A program made the translations under genes and the position numbers. DNA of 62,292 bases, counting the filler. It is 13 parts of 13 records of this genome, joined end to end, with 100 filler letters (N's around TTAATTAATTAA, not from the genome) between each part and the next. Parts side by side here need not be neighbours in the genome. Positions count along the whole stretch, not along the records: positions 9,850 to 13,166 come from SRR15195285_2954; positions 13,267 to 17,854 come from SRR15195285_2956; positions 17,955 to 22,448 come from SRR15195285_2959; positions 22,549 to 27,467 come from SRR15195285_2960; 9 more parts are not named here. The stretch is one strand, 5' to 3'. The notes below the pieces were generated by a model, which was not told the DNA's origin, made no database searches, and saw nothing but the letters and a program-made list of their open reading frames with translations. Every line of letters starts with the position of its first letter. The first letter of the stretch is position 1. This document shows positions 9,851-22,732 of this stretch, piece by piece.

Positions 9851-12800
9851 CAGAAGGATGAGACTGACAACGATGCCACTCGACAGGAGATAGATAAGAG
9901 GATGAGCGAGGTGGAACAAAAACTGCGCACCGAGAAAGAAGTGAAGGGACATCACGCAAATGCATTGAAAGCTCTCGCAAAGGACGATCCGAAGAGAGCA
10001 AAGCATCTGTACTGTAGCGCACTCGACAAGGAATATGGTGATACTCCGGAACGGCAAGCACTTGTAATCGCGGTCACGTTATGCGACCACTGGGAAGACG
10101 CCAACAGGTACATTGAAGGTCCTGGCGTTGTGCCAGCAGAATGGGACGGATCTCGTGCCATGGAAGCCTTCACGAGATGCTACGATTGCGTTCAGGAGCT
10201 GGAGAACACTCCATGCAATGCAGGGTACTTCGGCCCGAAGATTGAGCTCGATAGCACTGCAAACAGCACCTTGACACGACGCAGTCAAGTAGCAAAGCAG
10301 GAGCAGGAAAGGCGCGACCGATTCGACCAACTCGAACACCATGGTGCAGAGTGCTACGCTGCAAGAAAGGCTCATGAGAGTGTGCAATATTATCGACAGC
10401 TGCAGGAATGTTCAGTAACTGAACACGAACTCGCAACCGCAAACGATTTGCTCAGTGCCGCTGAGAAGATACTGACCCAACAGCAGGGGCTGAGCACGAA
10501 CCTGGAGCGTGCTTTGAAAGCTCTGATGAGCTCGTCGACTTGTCCTGGGATCGGAATTCTGCCGGGTGGCTGCTGCTGTTGTGCTGATACAGCACAACAG
10601 TACCTTGATGCTGCACTTCAAATTGAAAGGCGGTCAGTCCCAGACTCCCCAGAGTCCGAGGCACTGGCGCACTTGCAAAAGGCATGCACTGAGTGGGCTG
10701 CCGGAGATGATGCTATGCGGCATTGGAATGGAGGTATCGCCCTTGCCAAGTATGAAGAGGCGCAGCGACAGGGACTAGAAGCCCGACGTATCGATGGAAC
10801 AGTTGGGTACTGCGGACATCTTCCACACTTCAAGGTGCAGTTCACGGAAGCCGTTGATCGGAAATTGGACTTCTGCATTGCAAATGCCACGGCAGAGATC
10901 CAGCGGCGAGAGCAGTACGAACAGAGAAAACTCCACGGCGAACGATGCTTCGCTGCGCGACGTGCACAAGAAAGTGTGGGCATGTTCAAAGAAGCCTGGC
11001 AGTTGGCCAAAATGAGGTCTGAGCATCTAGCACACAAAGACGACACCGAGATTTGTGAAATGATCTCATTGCAGCAAAACGCCGAGAGCGAGCTCGACCG
11101 CCAGAAACTAGTCGTAGCTGAGCATAGTCGAGCTGTCAAAGCCCTTGAGGTGCGTGCGCAAGGATCATGGCAGGGCATTGACGATCATTGCACAGTCTGG
11201 TCCGACAGACAGCAGGCGATGGACACAGCACTCGTCGCGAGTCGAAACGCTCTCGAGCACGATGAGCCGGATCATACACCCGAGCATCGGCGCCTGTCTG
11301 CATTTCAAGATGCATGTTCGAAATGGCAAGAAGGGGATATGCTGCTTAAAAATTGGGATGGTGAGGCAGCAAGGGCGGCTTACCGAGACGCCATTCATCA
11401 GTTCAAATCTATCGAGAAGATGGACACGACAGAAGGCTATTATGGCGGCATGATTCAGCTGAGTGAAAAATGCATGGATGATCTTCAAACTTGCGTTCTA
11501 CTAGAAGCACGAATTGACTCCGAACGCTCTCAGAACATGAATAGGCTGTTGGATGATGGCAAAGCGGAGTGTAAAATGACTTGTACTGAGCACAGGTATT
11601 GTAGTCCAGACCAAACTGTGGCCGGTCCGCGAGGAGTGTGGCAGAGGGGTGAAGAAGGGAGCGTCTTACCGGCGCGCCTGCGGTTACGCCCGGGTCTCAA
11701 TCGCGTTCCTCCGATTGAAGCCGTATCCCACTTTTGCACTGCTTTTACTTTGGCTAGAACTTCGGTTGAGAAACTGCAAATAGTTGAAGCTATGCTACAG
11801 GCTGTCGACAAGCTGCGCGAGCTGCTGATTCCAGCTAGGGAAATCCAGCAAAACCGTGTCGGCGAGGCGACTAGGTCCGCATGGTCAGCCTCAGAGTTGC
11901 TCCGATGTCGGCACTTCGACTTGCTGAAAGCTTTGAGCCATATTGTCAAAGAAGGCAGCGCAGACTGCATCTCGTCACGCAGGCTAGAAGACAGAATTAA
12001 CGAGCTCCAGACATACTTTGGGCAGATCGATAAATTGAACGGGGCGATCAAAACGACACGTCGCTGTGCTGATTTGATCGCAAAGCGCAACGAGTGCTGC
12101 AGACAGTTGGCAGAGATAGGAACACGGTATGAATGCGAGTATAAGCAACTAGAGCGCCAAGAGGAACAACAAATTTCGCTCTACCGTGACATCAGCCAAG
12201 CTCTCTTGCATAGTGCGCGCGTTACCCGGCAGGCAGAGTACTTCGCACGCGTACCAGCGCAGCTGCAGCTCGTGCGCAGCACCTGCTATGAGTGGCGAGC
12301 TTCGGTAGAAAGGGAGACAGCTGTGAGCGAAGCGACAAATTCTGCGTGGATAGGATATACAGCGAAGAGAGAGAATGGGAAGATAAGGTTGCATGGTGAC
12401 AGGCTAGAGTTCAGTCCTGATGGCACATCCAAGACAAAAAGCATTCCGCTGGTGCCATATCGTCTGCGCGGGAGTACAACGGGCGAGCCCACATCTTGTG
12501 ACGTGCTTGCCGTGCGCGTGGATGATGAACAAGGTGATCATTTGCCAATGGGTTTGCGTCCTGCGAACTGGTCGCGATCGCAGCCAATGAGGAGGCAGGA
12601 TTCTGTCCAAGCTGCTTGGAATCCAATCCGAGAAGAAGTGCTCGTGTCCGGAACGTTTTCCCAGTGCGCTGAGTGCACATCAAACGAGCGACAGGATATT
12701 TCGCCGCAGACATCGGACAGTGCGTTGAAATGCAGGGCGTGCAGGAGAGACACGAAGGAGCGCAAGGACTGGCTGCGAAAGGACACGACACGACTGGAGC

Positions 12801-13166
12801 GCTTGACTGGAGGCTTGCGTGCGGTACAGAGGGATCTCTGCGACGCGTGTGTCGCAAAGGGGCAAAATTCCTGCCCTGAATGCGTTCGAGGTCAGGGCAG
12901 CTTTGTCCTTGACTTGGGCACCACGGAGGAAGTAGGGAACACGCAGAAGGATAAAAACCAAGACATGCAGGCAGAGTTCAGACCCGGCATCAGCAGTGTT
13001 CGGAGCATGCGCATCATATTCTCTGATGCTGATGAACGAAAGAACTGGGTGCGGAGTATTGAGCGAAGGCGAGACTTGTTGAAAGAACAAATACGAAAGG
13101 CAGAAGATGACGAGCCCGAGGAAAGCGTGCCGCTCTTTCCTGAGCCTGAGCCTGAGCCTGAGCCCG
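9851..13166 (+). CDS. Large hypothetical protein: about 200-aa helical repeats, coiled coil, possible PH-like and Cys-rich C-terminal region; open at both contig ends
   Basis: Stop-free frame across the whole contig (>1100 aa). Three related repeats. C-terminal IIFSDADERKNWVRSIE resembles a PH-domain terminal helix; several CxxC pairs; ends in PEPEPE. Confidence 0.8.
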
Positions 13167-13266
13167 NNNNNNNNNNNNNNNNNNNNNNNNNNNNNNNNNN
13201 NNNNNNNNNNTTAATTAATTAANNNNNNNNNNNNNNNNNNNNNNNNNNNNNNNNNNNNNNNNNNNN
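13167..13266. other. Artificial contig spacer
   Basis: N44-TTAATTAATTAA-N44. Confidence 0.99.
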
Positions 13267-13721
13267 TGCTTTTTGGTGCGCGTTGGTACTGAAATTGGTG
13301 TGGTTTTCACTCAGTGGAGTGTTGAATTCTGAGCCAGGCTGGGAACAACGGCGCTCGACTTCAACTCGACCGGCCGCACGCCTCGGGAATTCACTGGAAA
13401 ATCCTGAGTACACCCGTCTTCAGACATCATCGAAGAGCACCGGGTGCTATAATAGCATGTACTGTACCATTTTCCGCTAGATCTCAGAGTATGGCTGGCG
13501 ATCTTTGACTCGGCTGCAATTCGCACATAATCACAAATTTAGTCAAAAGCACTGTAAGTGTTAACGTCAATTTAACCATACATATATCTGATGTAAGTCT
13601 TACCGTGTTCTTCACTAAATTGCAGGTTTTGCGCTGTCAGCCAGAATCACAGCCCGCCGGTAGCCGGTCGCCTCATGATCATGAAAAGGACGTCGAGAGG
13701 AACGCCGTGCTAGCCGAGGGG

Positions 13722-16700
13722 ATGCAGGGCGCGTGTCAGCTCGCCGCCTTGGCTGCGCTCGTGGGCAGTGCTACCAGTCAGATCGGTGCGTGCCTGCGCT
13801 GCCCTGCCTGCCTGCTAGGCTGCTGGGCTGCTGGGTGTAGTTGGCGTTCTCACTGGCTGTTCATAGCTCTGCGGATTGCACCACGAAATGTGGGAATGAG
13901 CCATTTGTGCCGACCACTTACGTATACCTCAGCCTGACTGTTTCTTCCTGCGCTGAACACCGCCGCTTCGTACACTTGCGTGCAGTTTTCTGTGACCCTG
14001 AGCCAACAAATCCCCCGCAGCTCTGCCCGGACGGCAGCGTCTGCGGTGCTGGGCCCGGCGGCTGCGCTGCGGATGATCCGAACAATCCCGCCCCCGCCGG
14101 CCACTGCCGATGCCCATGCAGCGACATGTACATGACTGGGCGGCTACAAGACGTCTTTAAAGTGTGCTGCGACGCCCCTTGTCCGTCTAGCTTCCCGATG
14201 ATCAGTGCTGGGGAGCTGCAAGAATGCCCGCTCGATGTAAGTGTGCACGTGTACACACTAGATGTTGGAGCAGGAACTTGCAACCGCTAACGCCAACAGT
14301 CTAAGATGCACACCGTGCGCTTGGTGCCGGTCAACAGTGTGCGAACACCTTCGTCACATTCATGGACGAGTGCCGCGTAGAGATGCAAGCTCAGCACGGC
14401 CCCGGGTCCGGCAACCACGTTGGTCCTTTCTTTCAGTTCGAGGCGAAGTGCTCCACCGCGATCCAGCGGCAGGGTAAGACTCAAGAGGGCAGTATGCGTT
14501 GCACTTGCTAAGAGACGCAATGGCTGACACAGTCGCGCGTGTGGTGCTCCAGGCACGTGCAGCGACGACCCAGACTGGGTGGCCAGTGGAAGTTCGGGAT
14601 GCTCAAACTTGTACGACCAACAGTTCGGAGAGGGTCAGTGCGCAACATTGGTGGCCTCGGGAACAGCGTCGTGCGCGGACATGCTGCCTGGGGGTTCACC
14701 AGTTCAAGGCCATAGCTTAGTGGGCTACTGCGACAGGGAATGCCATGGCGGAACTTGCGCCGGCTGTGCCAGCCTTGATTCATGCAGCTGCGAAACTAGG
14801 CATGGGTTGTTTAATTGCAAGGAAACATGCAACGCCTACTGCGCGTCGGCAGGTTCAGATGACCGGGCGCGGCAACCCAAGGTGATTCAGGTCGGGGACA
14901 TCGGCGCCGTACCGATAGCTACAACCGGCAGCATAGATGATACACACTGCCCTCCAAACAGCCAGGGAGCGCATCAATGGTTTCGGTTCACAGCTGTCGC
15001 AGGATCTGTGTATCAAATCAATACGGAGATTGTGGCCGGCGGTCTGTTGAGCACTTTTCTGCATCTGCATGTGCTCGACGATGATCAGACCGAGCTGGTG
15101 GCTGCGAAGGCGTGGCACTGTCCGGCCCCACAACGACTAGGGAACAGTCAAGCCAGCTGCGTGATCTGGTCATGTACTGCCAGTGGTGACTACTCGATCC
15201 GCGTGCAGCGATATGCAGGGAGCGGCGCGTTCAAGGTTGCCGTGCAAACGATTGGCACGGTAGCTGAGCTGGCAGTCGCCGAAGGACTGAGGCCGCTGAT
15301 CACATCATCGAATCCCAACAAGGGTGTGTACACCGTCGACACTGGTCCGGGCGGAGACTGGACAATCGCCCTGGACGTGGCTTGTGAAATGCTGTACTGC
15401 CACTTCTTCAGAAGAGAAGGAGAGTTTACACCAGGGATTCGCGAGGCTGGCGGTGGATATACGCCGGGAGCATACAGTGGGACGACGGACAACACTGAGT
15501 TGACGACGGATGGCGATCATCTTGTCATGTCCGTGCAAGGGATAGAGGGTGTGACATACACATTCAATCTAGACCTGCTTGACCCTGGGCGGACGGGTGT
15601 TTACGTAAAACTGACGGTGCACCCTGAAAAGGCGCAGGGCGGTGCCCAGGCCTTCAGCGGGAATCCGGACATGGAGCGCGAAATTAAGCTGGGAGATTGG
15701 GTCATCACAGAGCCAGATCACCATTCCTACGAAGACCTTAACCCTGACTATGATGTGCGAGAATACAAAAACCCGGGGCTGGGCCACTGGCTGTGCGTTG
15801 GTTCGTGCAGACTGTCCCCAGACGGGAGGTCCGAGCAGTTCCCCACTGCTGGCCATTGGAAGTGGACTGCACCTGCCAGCGGTGACTACTACGTTACTAT
15901 CTCTTCCAATTGCGACGTGCCTGTGCTGGACGATGTGGAGAGCAACTACGACTTGAATAGAGGGCAGCAGATTCCAGGACACGAAGGTGCTTTGGGTTGT
16001 CAGAGCAGCTTCGGGATGAGCGTGCACGCCGAGGACGAGCACACCACACTCACGGTCCCGGTCATCAGCGCAATGCCCCCATGTGCCAGCGAGACGGGCG
16101 GCGCGTGCCAGAGGGGGCAGAACACTCTCACCGCGCACTCTCAGCCAGCTATGATTCAGACACTTACCGAGACAAGAGTCGCGTGCAGCTGCCTGACGGC
16201 AGTACCACCAACCTGTGACTCATGCGACTCAGGAGACTCAACGCAAATCGCCGATCTATGTGACCCTTCTAATCTACCAGCCACCTACACCGACGATATG
16301 CAGCAGCTGTGCGCGGATATGACCTCGATGTTTGTGCCAGCGGTCGCGGAACTTTCGCCGCTGCCGCTGCCGCTGCTTCCTCCCACAGGTGGTACGTCAG
16401 GCCATCGCCGATTGCAGCGCGGAGAACCAGGTCACGGGCGAGATGCAGGTCACGCGCATCGCCTCAACATCGGTGTCAGCTTCCAAGAGATGCGCAATCC
16501 CAACGCAGAGTCGGCACTGCTCGCCTCGCACGGCCAGCAACTTCACCACTGTGCTGCAGTCGGTATCCAACCTGCAGCGTGCGCCGATGGGATGGTGGCT
16601 GAGAGGCTACAAGGGACGGAGCTTGGCCGACGCCAACTGCGAGAAGCTGAGGTGGTTGCGCGGCTGAACAGCGCAGGCCCCTCGAAGCCTGCGGCGATGT

Positions 16701-16852
16701 CGGCGGAGCGTGCTCACATGGCCAGGCTAGAAGCAGAAAATGCACGTCTGCTTGTGGAGTTGAGTGCGGCGCGTGCTGAGCGTGACGCGTGCCTTCAGAC
16801 GACTGGCCAGCAGATGCCGAACGCCAATGTGACTGTATCGGCGTCAGGATAA
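13722..16852 (+). CDS. Secreted Cys-rich protein with PPC-like beta-sandwich domains, multi-exon (5' exons approximate)
   Basis: Signal-peptide exon MQGACQLAALAALVGSATSQI followed by a GTGCGT donor, then Cys-rich exons at about 13990-14480. The long last exon has HQWFRFTAVAGSVYQI..WSCTASGDYSIRV, a second WTAPASGDYYVTI, and a C-terminal coiled coil. Confidence 0.7.
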
Positions 16853-17176
16853 TGCCATGGCAACCACGCACACATGGACCTACGCCCTACCACCCTGTCG
16901 CGGCGAAGTGTCTAGGCTAGGTTGATGACTCATCCGGCATGGCGATAGCGACAATGTACGACAATGTAATGCAAGCAAAGCTCTTGTTCGTGCATTCAGG
17001 GTGGCCACTGGACGTACTCTCAGTCAGTCATCGTCACTCAGTCGATCGGAGACGGAGTCTCACGTGCACCATTGCTGGTCATCCCAGAGCACACTCAGAA
17101 CCCAAAGGCCAATTATGCTGCGTTCAGCCAGCAGGCGCACCGCCTCATTGACCATGCTAGTACACCAACCTGCCTT

Positions 17177-17700
17177 TCAAACGTCAGAAGTGTTGAGCCA
17201 TGGTTCCTGGCCAAAACAGCTGTACGTGCAGACACCGGCCCCGTTCGCGAGCTTGGAGCAGACTGAGCCATCGGCACATTTGCTGTTGGCTGGGTCACAT
17301 TGGATGTCGCAGTACAGCGCGGGAAGCTTCCCAGTGCGCGAGATATCACAGGTTGGAGTGATGCCGGAGGCGTGCTTCTGCGTGCAGGTGATGCACGGCG
17401 GGCATGTTCCTGGCGGGTCCGTCGGCTTGTGAGCAGGGTTGATGCACGGTGGGGCGCAGATGCAACCTGAGCTCTTCGGTGAGACTGTGGCGAGACGGCC
17501 ACCATACCTGCCACGGCCAGTACGCCTGTAAGCTGTAGAGTGTGGCAGGGAGAGTGTCAGTGAGCGGTGAGTTTCTGGATGGGCGCTTACTCCACAGGAT
17601 TGCAGCCCAGCTTGGGGTCGCCGTAGAAGGGCTTTCCTGGTGGGGGAGCCGGTGGTGGCGCCACTTGATCCACCCCATCCTTACTACAGTGTCAAACCAG
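17177..17700 (-). CDS. 3' exons of a gene ending in a Pro linker plus Cys-rich extracellular domain; 5' part off-contig
   Basis: Reads PPPAPPPGKPFYGDPKLGCNPV (GTAAG donor), then GCICAPPCINP..CPPCITC..YCDIQCDPANSKCADGSVCSKLANGAGVCTY..*. Exon joins not fully resolved. Confidence 0.55.
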
Positions 17701-17822
17701 TACATGAGACAGACTGAGTGCACTGGAAGTGAACCTCCAGTAGATTTTGGGCTGTGTCTCTATCTGCGCGTGTGTGTGTGGCTGTGCGGCTGTCTGTGTA
17801 TATCTGGATGTATCTGGGTATG

Positions 17823-17854
<32 letters not shown>

Positions 17855-17954
17855 NNNNNNNNNNNNNNNNNNNNNNNNNNNNNNNNNNNNNNNNNNNNTT
17901 AATTAATTAANNNNNNNNNNNNNNNNNNNNNNNNNNNNNNNNNNNNNNNNNNNN
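17855..17954. other. Artificial contig spacer
   Basis: N44-TTAATTAATTAA-N44. Confidence 0.99.
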
Positions 17955-18120
17955 GCTATATCACGTTGTACTTAAACGCTGTGTCCTGCGGCCGGGGGTG
18001 CGCGCGCGTCGCGTCCGCGGTGGGCGCGCTCCCTCCCCTGCCGCCGAGGCGCCCAACTTGCCTGTCGATTGGTATCTCGCACGCCAGAGAGCGCGGGCGA
18101 GGACGGTACCACGTGTCGGT

Positions 18121-19727
18121 ATGGTGCTCATTCCAATGTACGTTGGTACGTATACCGCATACAAGGGCATACCAGGCGCGAAGTCTGAGGGCATCTGTGA
18201 GCTGCACTATCACAGAATCACACCCACGAACCATTTACCGGTACCTATTTACGTGCACGCAGTGCCATCAGCGAGGCCACACAGTTGCTCACTATCATCC
18301 TGAGTGCCACCAGGCCACAACCCAGCCACACAGTCAGATGTTGTCCATGAGTGCCACTGCCACAACCCAGCCAGATGCTACTGTAAAAAGTCCTACGTAG
18401 TGCAGCTGCTAATCCCAGTACATGTACCTCTCTGCTGCTACGCCGCACGCCACATGATGTCCTTATCCGTCCACCCAGTGAGTTTAACGTCAGTGTGCGC
18501 CAATGGCTGGCCGGGGCGCAGATTGTTGCGAGTTTGACACGGCCACCGGCAACCTTTCCGACGCCGTGTTGGCCGTCCAGTCCAAGCTCTCACCCTCATG
18601 GCTCCGGTGGCATCCGACCTTGCCCGTGCTCTATTCCACACAAGAGACCAACGAGGGCAGTGCCAGCGCGCTTGTTTCCTACCGTCTCACCGACAGTGGC
18701 AAGCTGGTTGAGACTGCACGCGTCAGCACATGCGGAGGCTCCGCCTGCCATTTCAACATCCATCCTAGCCTCACCGCTATCGCTTGCGCCAATCATGGGA
18801 ACTACCAAGATGACGTGGGGAGTGGGAACATGAGTGGCTCAGTGGCCGTTGTGTCTATCTGCAAGGAGACAGGCGACTTGTTACAGCTTGTGGATTTCAT
18901 GCCGCATCTTAACGAGACATCTGCGGTCGCTCGTGCTGATTCGCGTCGACTGATTTGTGAGTACATGTACTCATCCACGCTCGCTGTCACGTGCTTCGCG
19001 CACTTACTATCGTACTTGCTGCTTGCTTTGCTGCCACCAATACTGCACAGACAACGAAGAATCACACGCACATTCTGCCACGTTCGACCCGAGTGGTCAG
19101 TTTCTCCTGGTTGGCGAAAAAGGTCTCGACAAAATCATCGTATATCGGTTTGACACTACCGCACTCGAGTCTGGTGATGTGTCGCTCCACACCGGGCAGA
19201 TCTTGCGGTGGAATTCAGAAATGCGTGTCACGCCCGGTGGAGGTGCTCGGCATTTGGCATGGCACCCGGATGTCGACATTTGCTATTGCAACGAAGAATC
19301 TGGAGGGGTCATAACATCGTACGCGTGGGATGCTACCGCTGGCATGCTGCGACCGATTCAGACACTACCTACGGGCCCATGTGGTTTCGAGGGGAGCGTG
19401 GCCTCTGCCGAAATCGCTGTGGGTCCTACCGGTCATCTATATGTCGCGAATCGTGGGTCCCAGACAGTTGCGACGTTTGCACTCGCACCAGATGGGACGA
19501 TGGAGCTGCTCGGCCATTCGCCGACTAGCAGCAACCCTCGGCATATCCAGTTCACAAGTGCGGCGGATGGAGGGCACTGGATGGTTGCGTCGTCAGGTGA
19601 AGACAAGGTTATTGTGTACAAATTGGACGACAAGGGTGTGCCACAGCCTGCTGGCGAGCACCTGTCCACTTTTTGCCCCGATGCAGCGCACATGCTTTTC
19701 GCCCGCGGTGGTTTAGCTCGGTTGTAG
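18121..19727 (+). CDS. Lactonase family 7-bladed beta-propeller (6-phosphogluconolactonase / YbhE-like); introns 18197-18521 and 18957-19050
   Basis: Spliced reading YVGTYT..SEGIYCCEFD, PSWL, GGSACH, SHAHSATFDPSG, GGGARHLAWHP, YVANRGS, NPRH. Both GTGAG..CAG introns restore frame. Confidence 0.88.
18302..18379. repeat. Short tandem duplication inside lactonase intron 1
   Basis: GAGTGCCAC..GCCACAACCCAGCCA..CAGATG occurs twice. Confidence 0.7.
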
Positions 19728-19789
19728 CAAACAGAAACAATCAGTTGCAATGTTTCAATAATTACTGTCCACTAGCCAATACTAGTCAA

Positions 19790-21976
19790 CTAGGGCGCCA
19801 TTGGTGGCACAGTGCAGTGTGGCCCAAAACAACCAGTGGTGTGAAGCACGTCGCACGCAGTGGTCGAGCAGTTGTGACCACCCGGCTCTACATCGACATG
19901 GCAGATACTTTGTGGACAGACTGCTGCCTTCAGTGACGCTAACAATTGCTTCACTACCGCAGGATTTGCCGCCGCAACATTGTGCCTTTCGGCTGCGTCG
20001 ATAGATAGATCAAAAAGACAGGGGCTGATTGAGCAATCAGCTGGTCGTGCAGGTGGTTCTGTGATGCCGAATGGGTGGGTGGCAGTGGGATTGCCCCTCC
20101 ATCCATCTACGGAAGGATTGCAGAGCGATGCCAACCCACTCATCGAGGTGTTGACATTGTAAAGTTGCCAGCGGCCTTGCCGAATCTTTCCCATCCCGTC
20201 TCCATATGCGTGATGCACCAGCTTCGTTCGCGGACCTACCGATGCCACGGATCGAATTGCTTCCCACTGACCAATACTGTCGATTGCTGTCTTGGGCAGA
20301 CTTGAGCTGGGAAGCCCAGCAATTTGAAGGACCGTGGCGTACCAATCAGCTGCGTGCATTGTGAACGTTGCGTTGCGCACGGTTTTTGCATCTTGGTTCT
20401 CGACGCGACCCGATGCATCGGATCGAAGAAGCGGGCTACTGACAAACGCCAGGCCAGTTGTGCCGCCATTCCAATAGCTTATCTTATTTCCACGCAGAGG
20501 ATGGTTATTTCCGTAGGACCAGTAGCACCCACCATTATCTGTCGTCACTACCCAAACAGCATTGTCTTCCCGCTCTGACACACGTAGTGCACTTCGCAGC
20601 GTGCCGATTGCATCATCAAGTGCCTTCACCATCGCCATAAACTCTGGCCGCGGTCGCCCCTGATACTGCACGATCAGAGCTGCCGGCGCCTGCACGGGTG
20701 AGTGCACAGACTGAAAAGGCAAGTATAGCAGAAAAGGTGTGTCGCGCTTCGTCTGCTCGATAATCTGCGCGCCGCGGTCACCAAACAGCCCAGCAGAGTA
20801 TACCCCTCCATACATATCTGCCGCCGTAAATTGTTTGGGCGTGGCTTGCACGAAGTCCAGCCCTGAGCACCCGTACTGTGTGACGTTGTGATAGAAGTAG
20901 TCCTCTGCGCCACCTAAATATCCAAGAAACGTGTCGAACCCACGTGCACAAGGAGTGTAGTCCATTGCCCAGGATCCAAGATGCCCTGCGCCATTCAATT
21001 AGACAGTGAAAAAAGCCAAAATTCTCTATATACGGTAGCCACACCCAGGTATACAAGACTCACATTTGCCAAGCATGTGTGTTGAACTGTTCATAAAGCA
21101 TAGCGCAGCACGACCACACGTGTAGATGAGCGACAGCGTGACGACCAGCTCCAACATTGTCAAGAGTGGAACGGAGCTGCTGGTCAGCTGCTGTCGATTT
21201 GACAATCTCAGTTTGAGCGCCACTCACTAGTTGCCGTGTTCACGCAGTGTCTCCGGGAGAAATGTGAAGGTGCGGTCGATGCCCCATTCTCGCATCCCTG
21301 CGTTCGGTGGTTGACCGTTCCCTGCTAGCCCGTTGTGATAAGGAATGCGTCCCTGGTGCAGCAGCATTAGCAGTGCCATACAAAAGCACACAGCCAGCAT
21401 CACAGACCTCCACCACCCACCAGCTACCAACAGTGTACAGGTGGGTAGACGAACCGTCACAATGGATGAACGCGTCGGCGAGCACCAGAAGAAGACACTG
21501 TAATCAGTCAGCACAACCCCGTCTTTCGCTAGGGCATCTAAGTGTGGCGACTCAATGTCGCTGTTGCGAAAGCCCAGGCTACATGATGGAACAACACGCA
21601 GTGTGATCGAGTCATTGGTATGGTGGGTGCAACTGCTGCAAACGTCGATTGCTCTGGCCGAGTCAAAACGTCTGCTGAACTGCACCGTGACACTACAGTA
21701 CAGCGCGGCTAGAGCCACTCGAAATTCCCAGCATCGTAGTTTCTACCTCGATACCGATGCTGGGCTACAGCCATTCCCAGTATATGCAGGGCGGTGGCAG
21801 GCGCTTTGCACTCACTCGTTCCAGCCGAGGTCGTCGATGACCGTCAGAAGAATGTCAGGGCGAGAGCCTGTGCCACCGGCGCCGTCTTTTGATGAGGCCA
21901 GCGGTGCTATTGATGTCAACAAAACTAGCAGCATACGCAGCAGCAGTCCGACGGTCTGTCGTCCTCCGGCTGTCAT
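19790..21976 (-). CDS. Arylsulfatase B-like formylglycine-dependent sulfatase (family S1), secreted, about 4 introns
   Basis: Spliced PDILLTVIDDLGWNDLGFRNS (intron 21579-21815), active-site CSPTRSSIVTGR, HMLGK/WHLG, RGFDTFLGY, VHSP, TDNGG, PLRGNK, HAADWYAT and LFDL..ERHN. Confidence 0.92.
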
Positions 21977-22448
21977 GCCAGCGAGGTGCAGTCCTGTTCG
22001 TTAAAACAGGGAGCGACGGCGCCGGTGCGGGCCCAGTGGGGGTGCGTCGAGTGCGTGCTGCGTGCGGCCGCGTCCGTCCGGCGCGCCGTCCGGCCGTCGG
22101 CGCGCGCGCACCAGGGTGCACCCCGGCGGCGCCGCGAGAGATCGGCGGCCTCGGCGAGCCCTTCGCGATATCGATATATGGCAGGCGGGCGGGCGTATGC
22201 GCATCCATGTGGTGGAACCAGCGAACCACCCACATGGGCCATGGGAGGCGCACGTGCTCCTGGCAACACTATGATGCGAGTTCCATGGGCTGCTATCGTC
22301 GCAGCGTTCGTCGCTACCAGTGGCTCGCACTGCATGTACGCTTTTTCTCCACAGGCACTGACATCCGTGACAGGCGGCGTCGCAATGCTCATGGCTGCGA
22401 TCTATATTCCTCTGGCATCCGCCCTTCGTCGTCTTCCTCGGAGGACGA

Positions 22449-22548
22449 NNNNNNNNNNNNNNNNNNNNNNNNNNNNNNNNNNNNNNNNNNNNTTAATTAA
22501 TTAANNNNNNNNNNNNNNNNNNNNNNNNNNNNNNNNNNNNNNNNNNNN
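22449..22548. other. Artificial contig spacer
   Basis: N44-TTAATTAATTAA-N44. Confidence 0.99.
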
Positions 22549-22732
22549 TCTACCCAAGCGCCGGAAGTCCATCTTTAACCCAACACGCAACATTTTGCAG
22601 ACGGAGCCGGCCGGCGCCGCCCCGCCTGAGTGCGTGCGTGCGTGCCGGCGGCGGGTCGCGCCGCGTCGCGGTGCCGCGCGTGCCACACTGCCACGGGCGC
22701 CGGGTGAGCTCGCTGCGCTGTGGGTATTATAG

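Noticed and set aside
22200-22448. Hydrophobic ORF at a contig end (also 27568-27733 minus)
   Set aside because: Could be gene starts, but too short and truncated to support a call.
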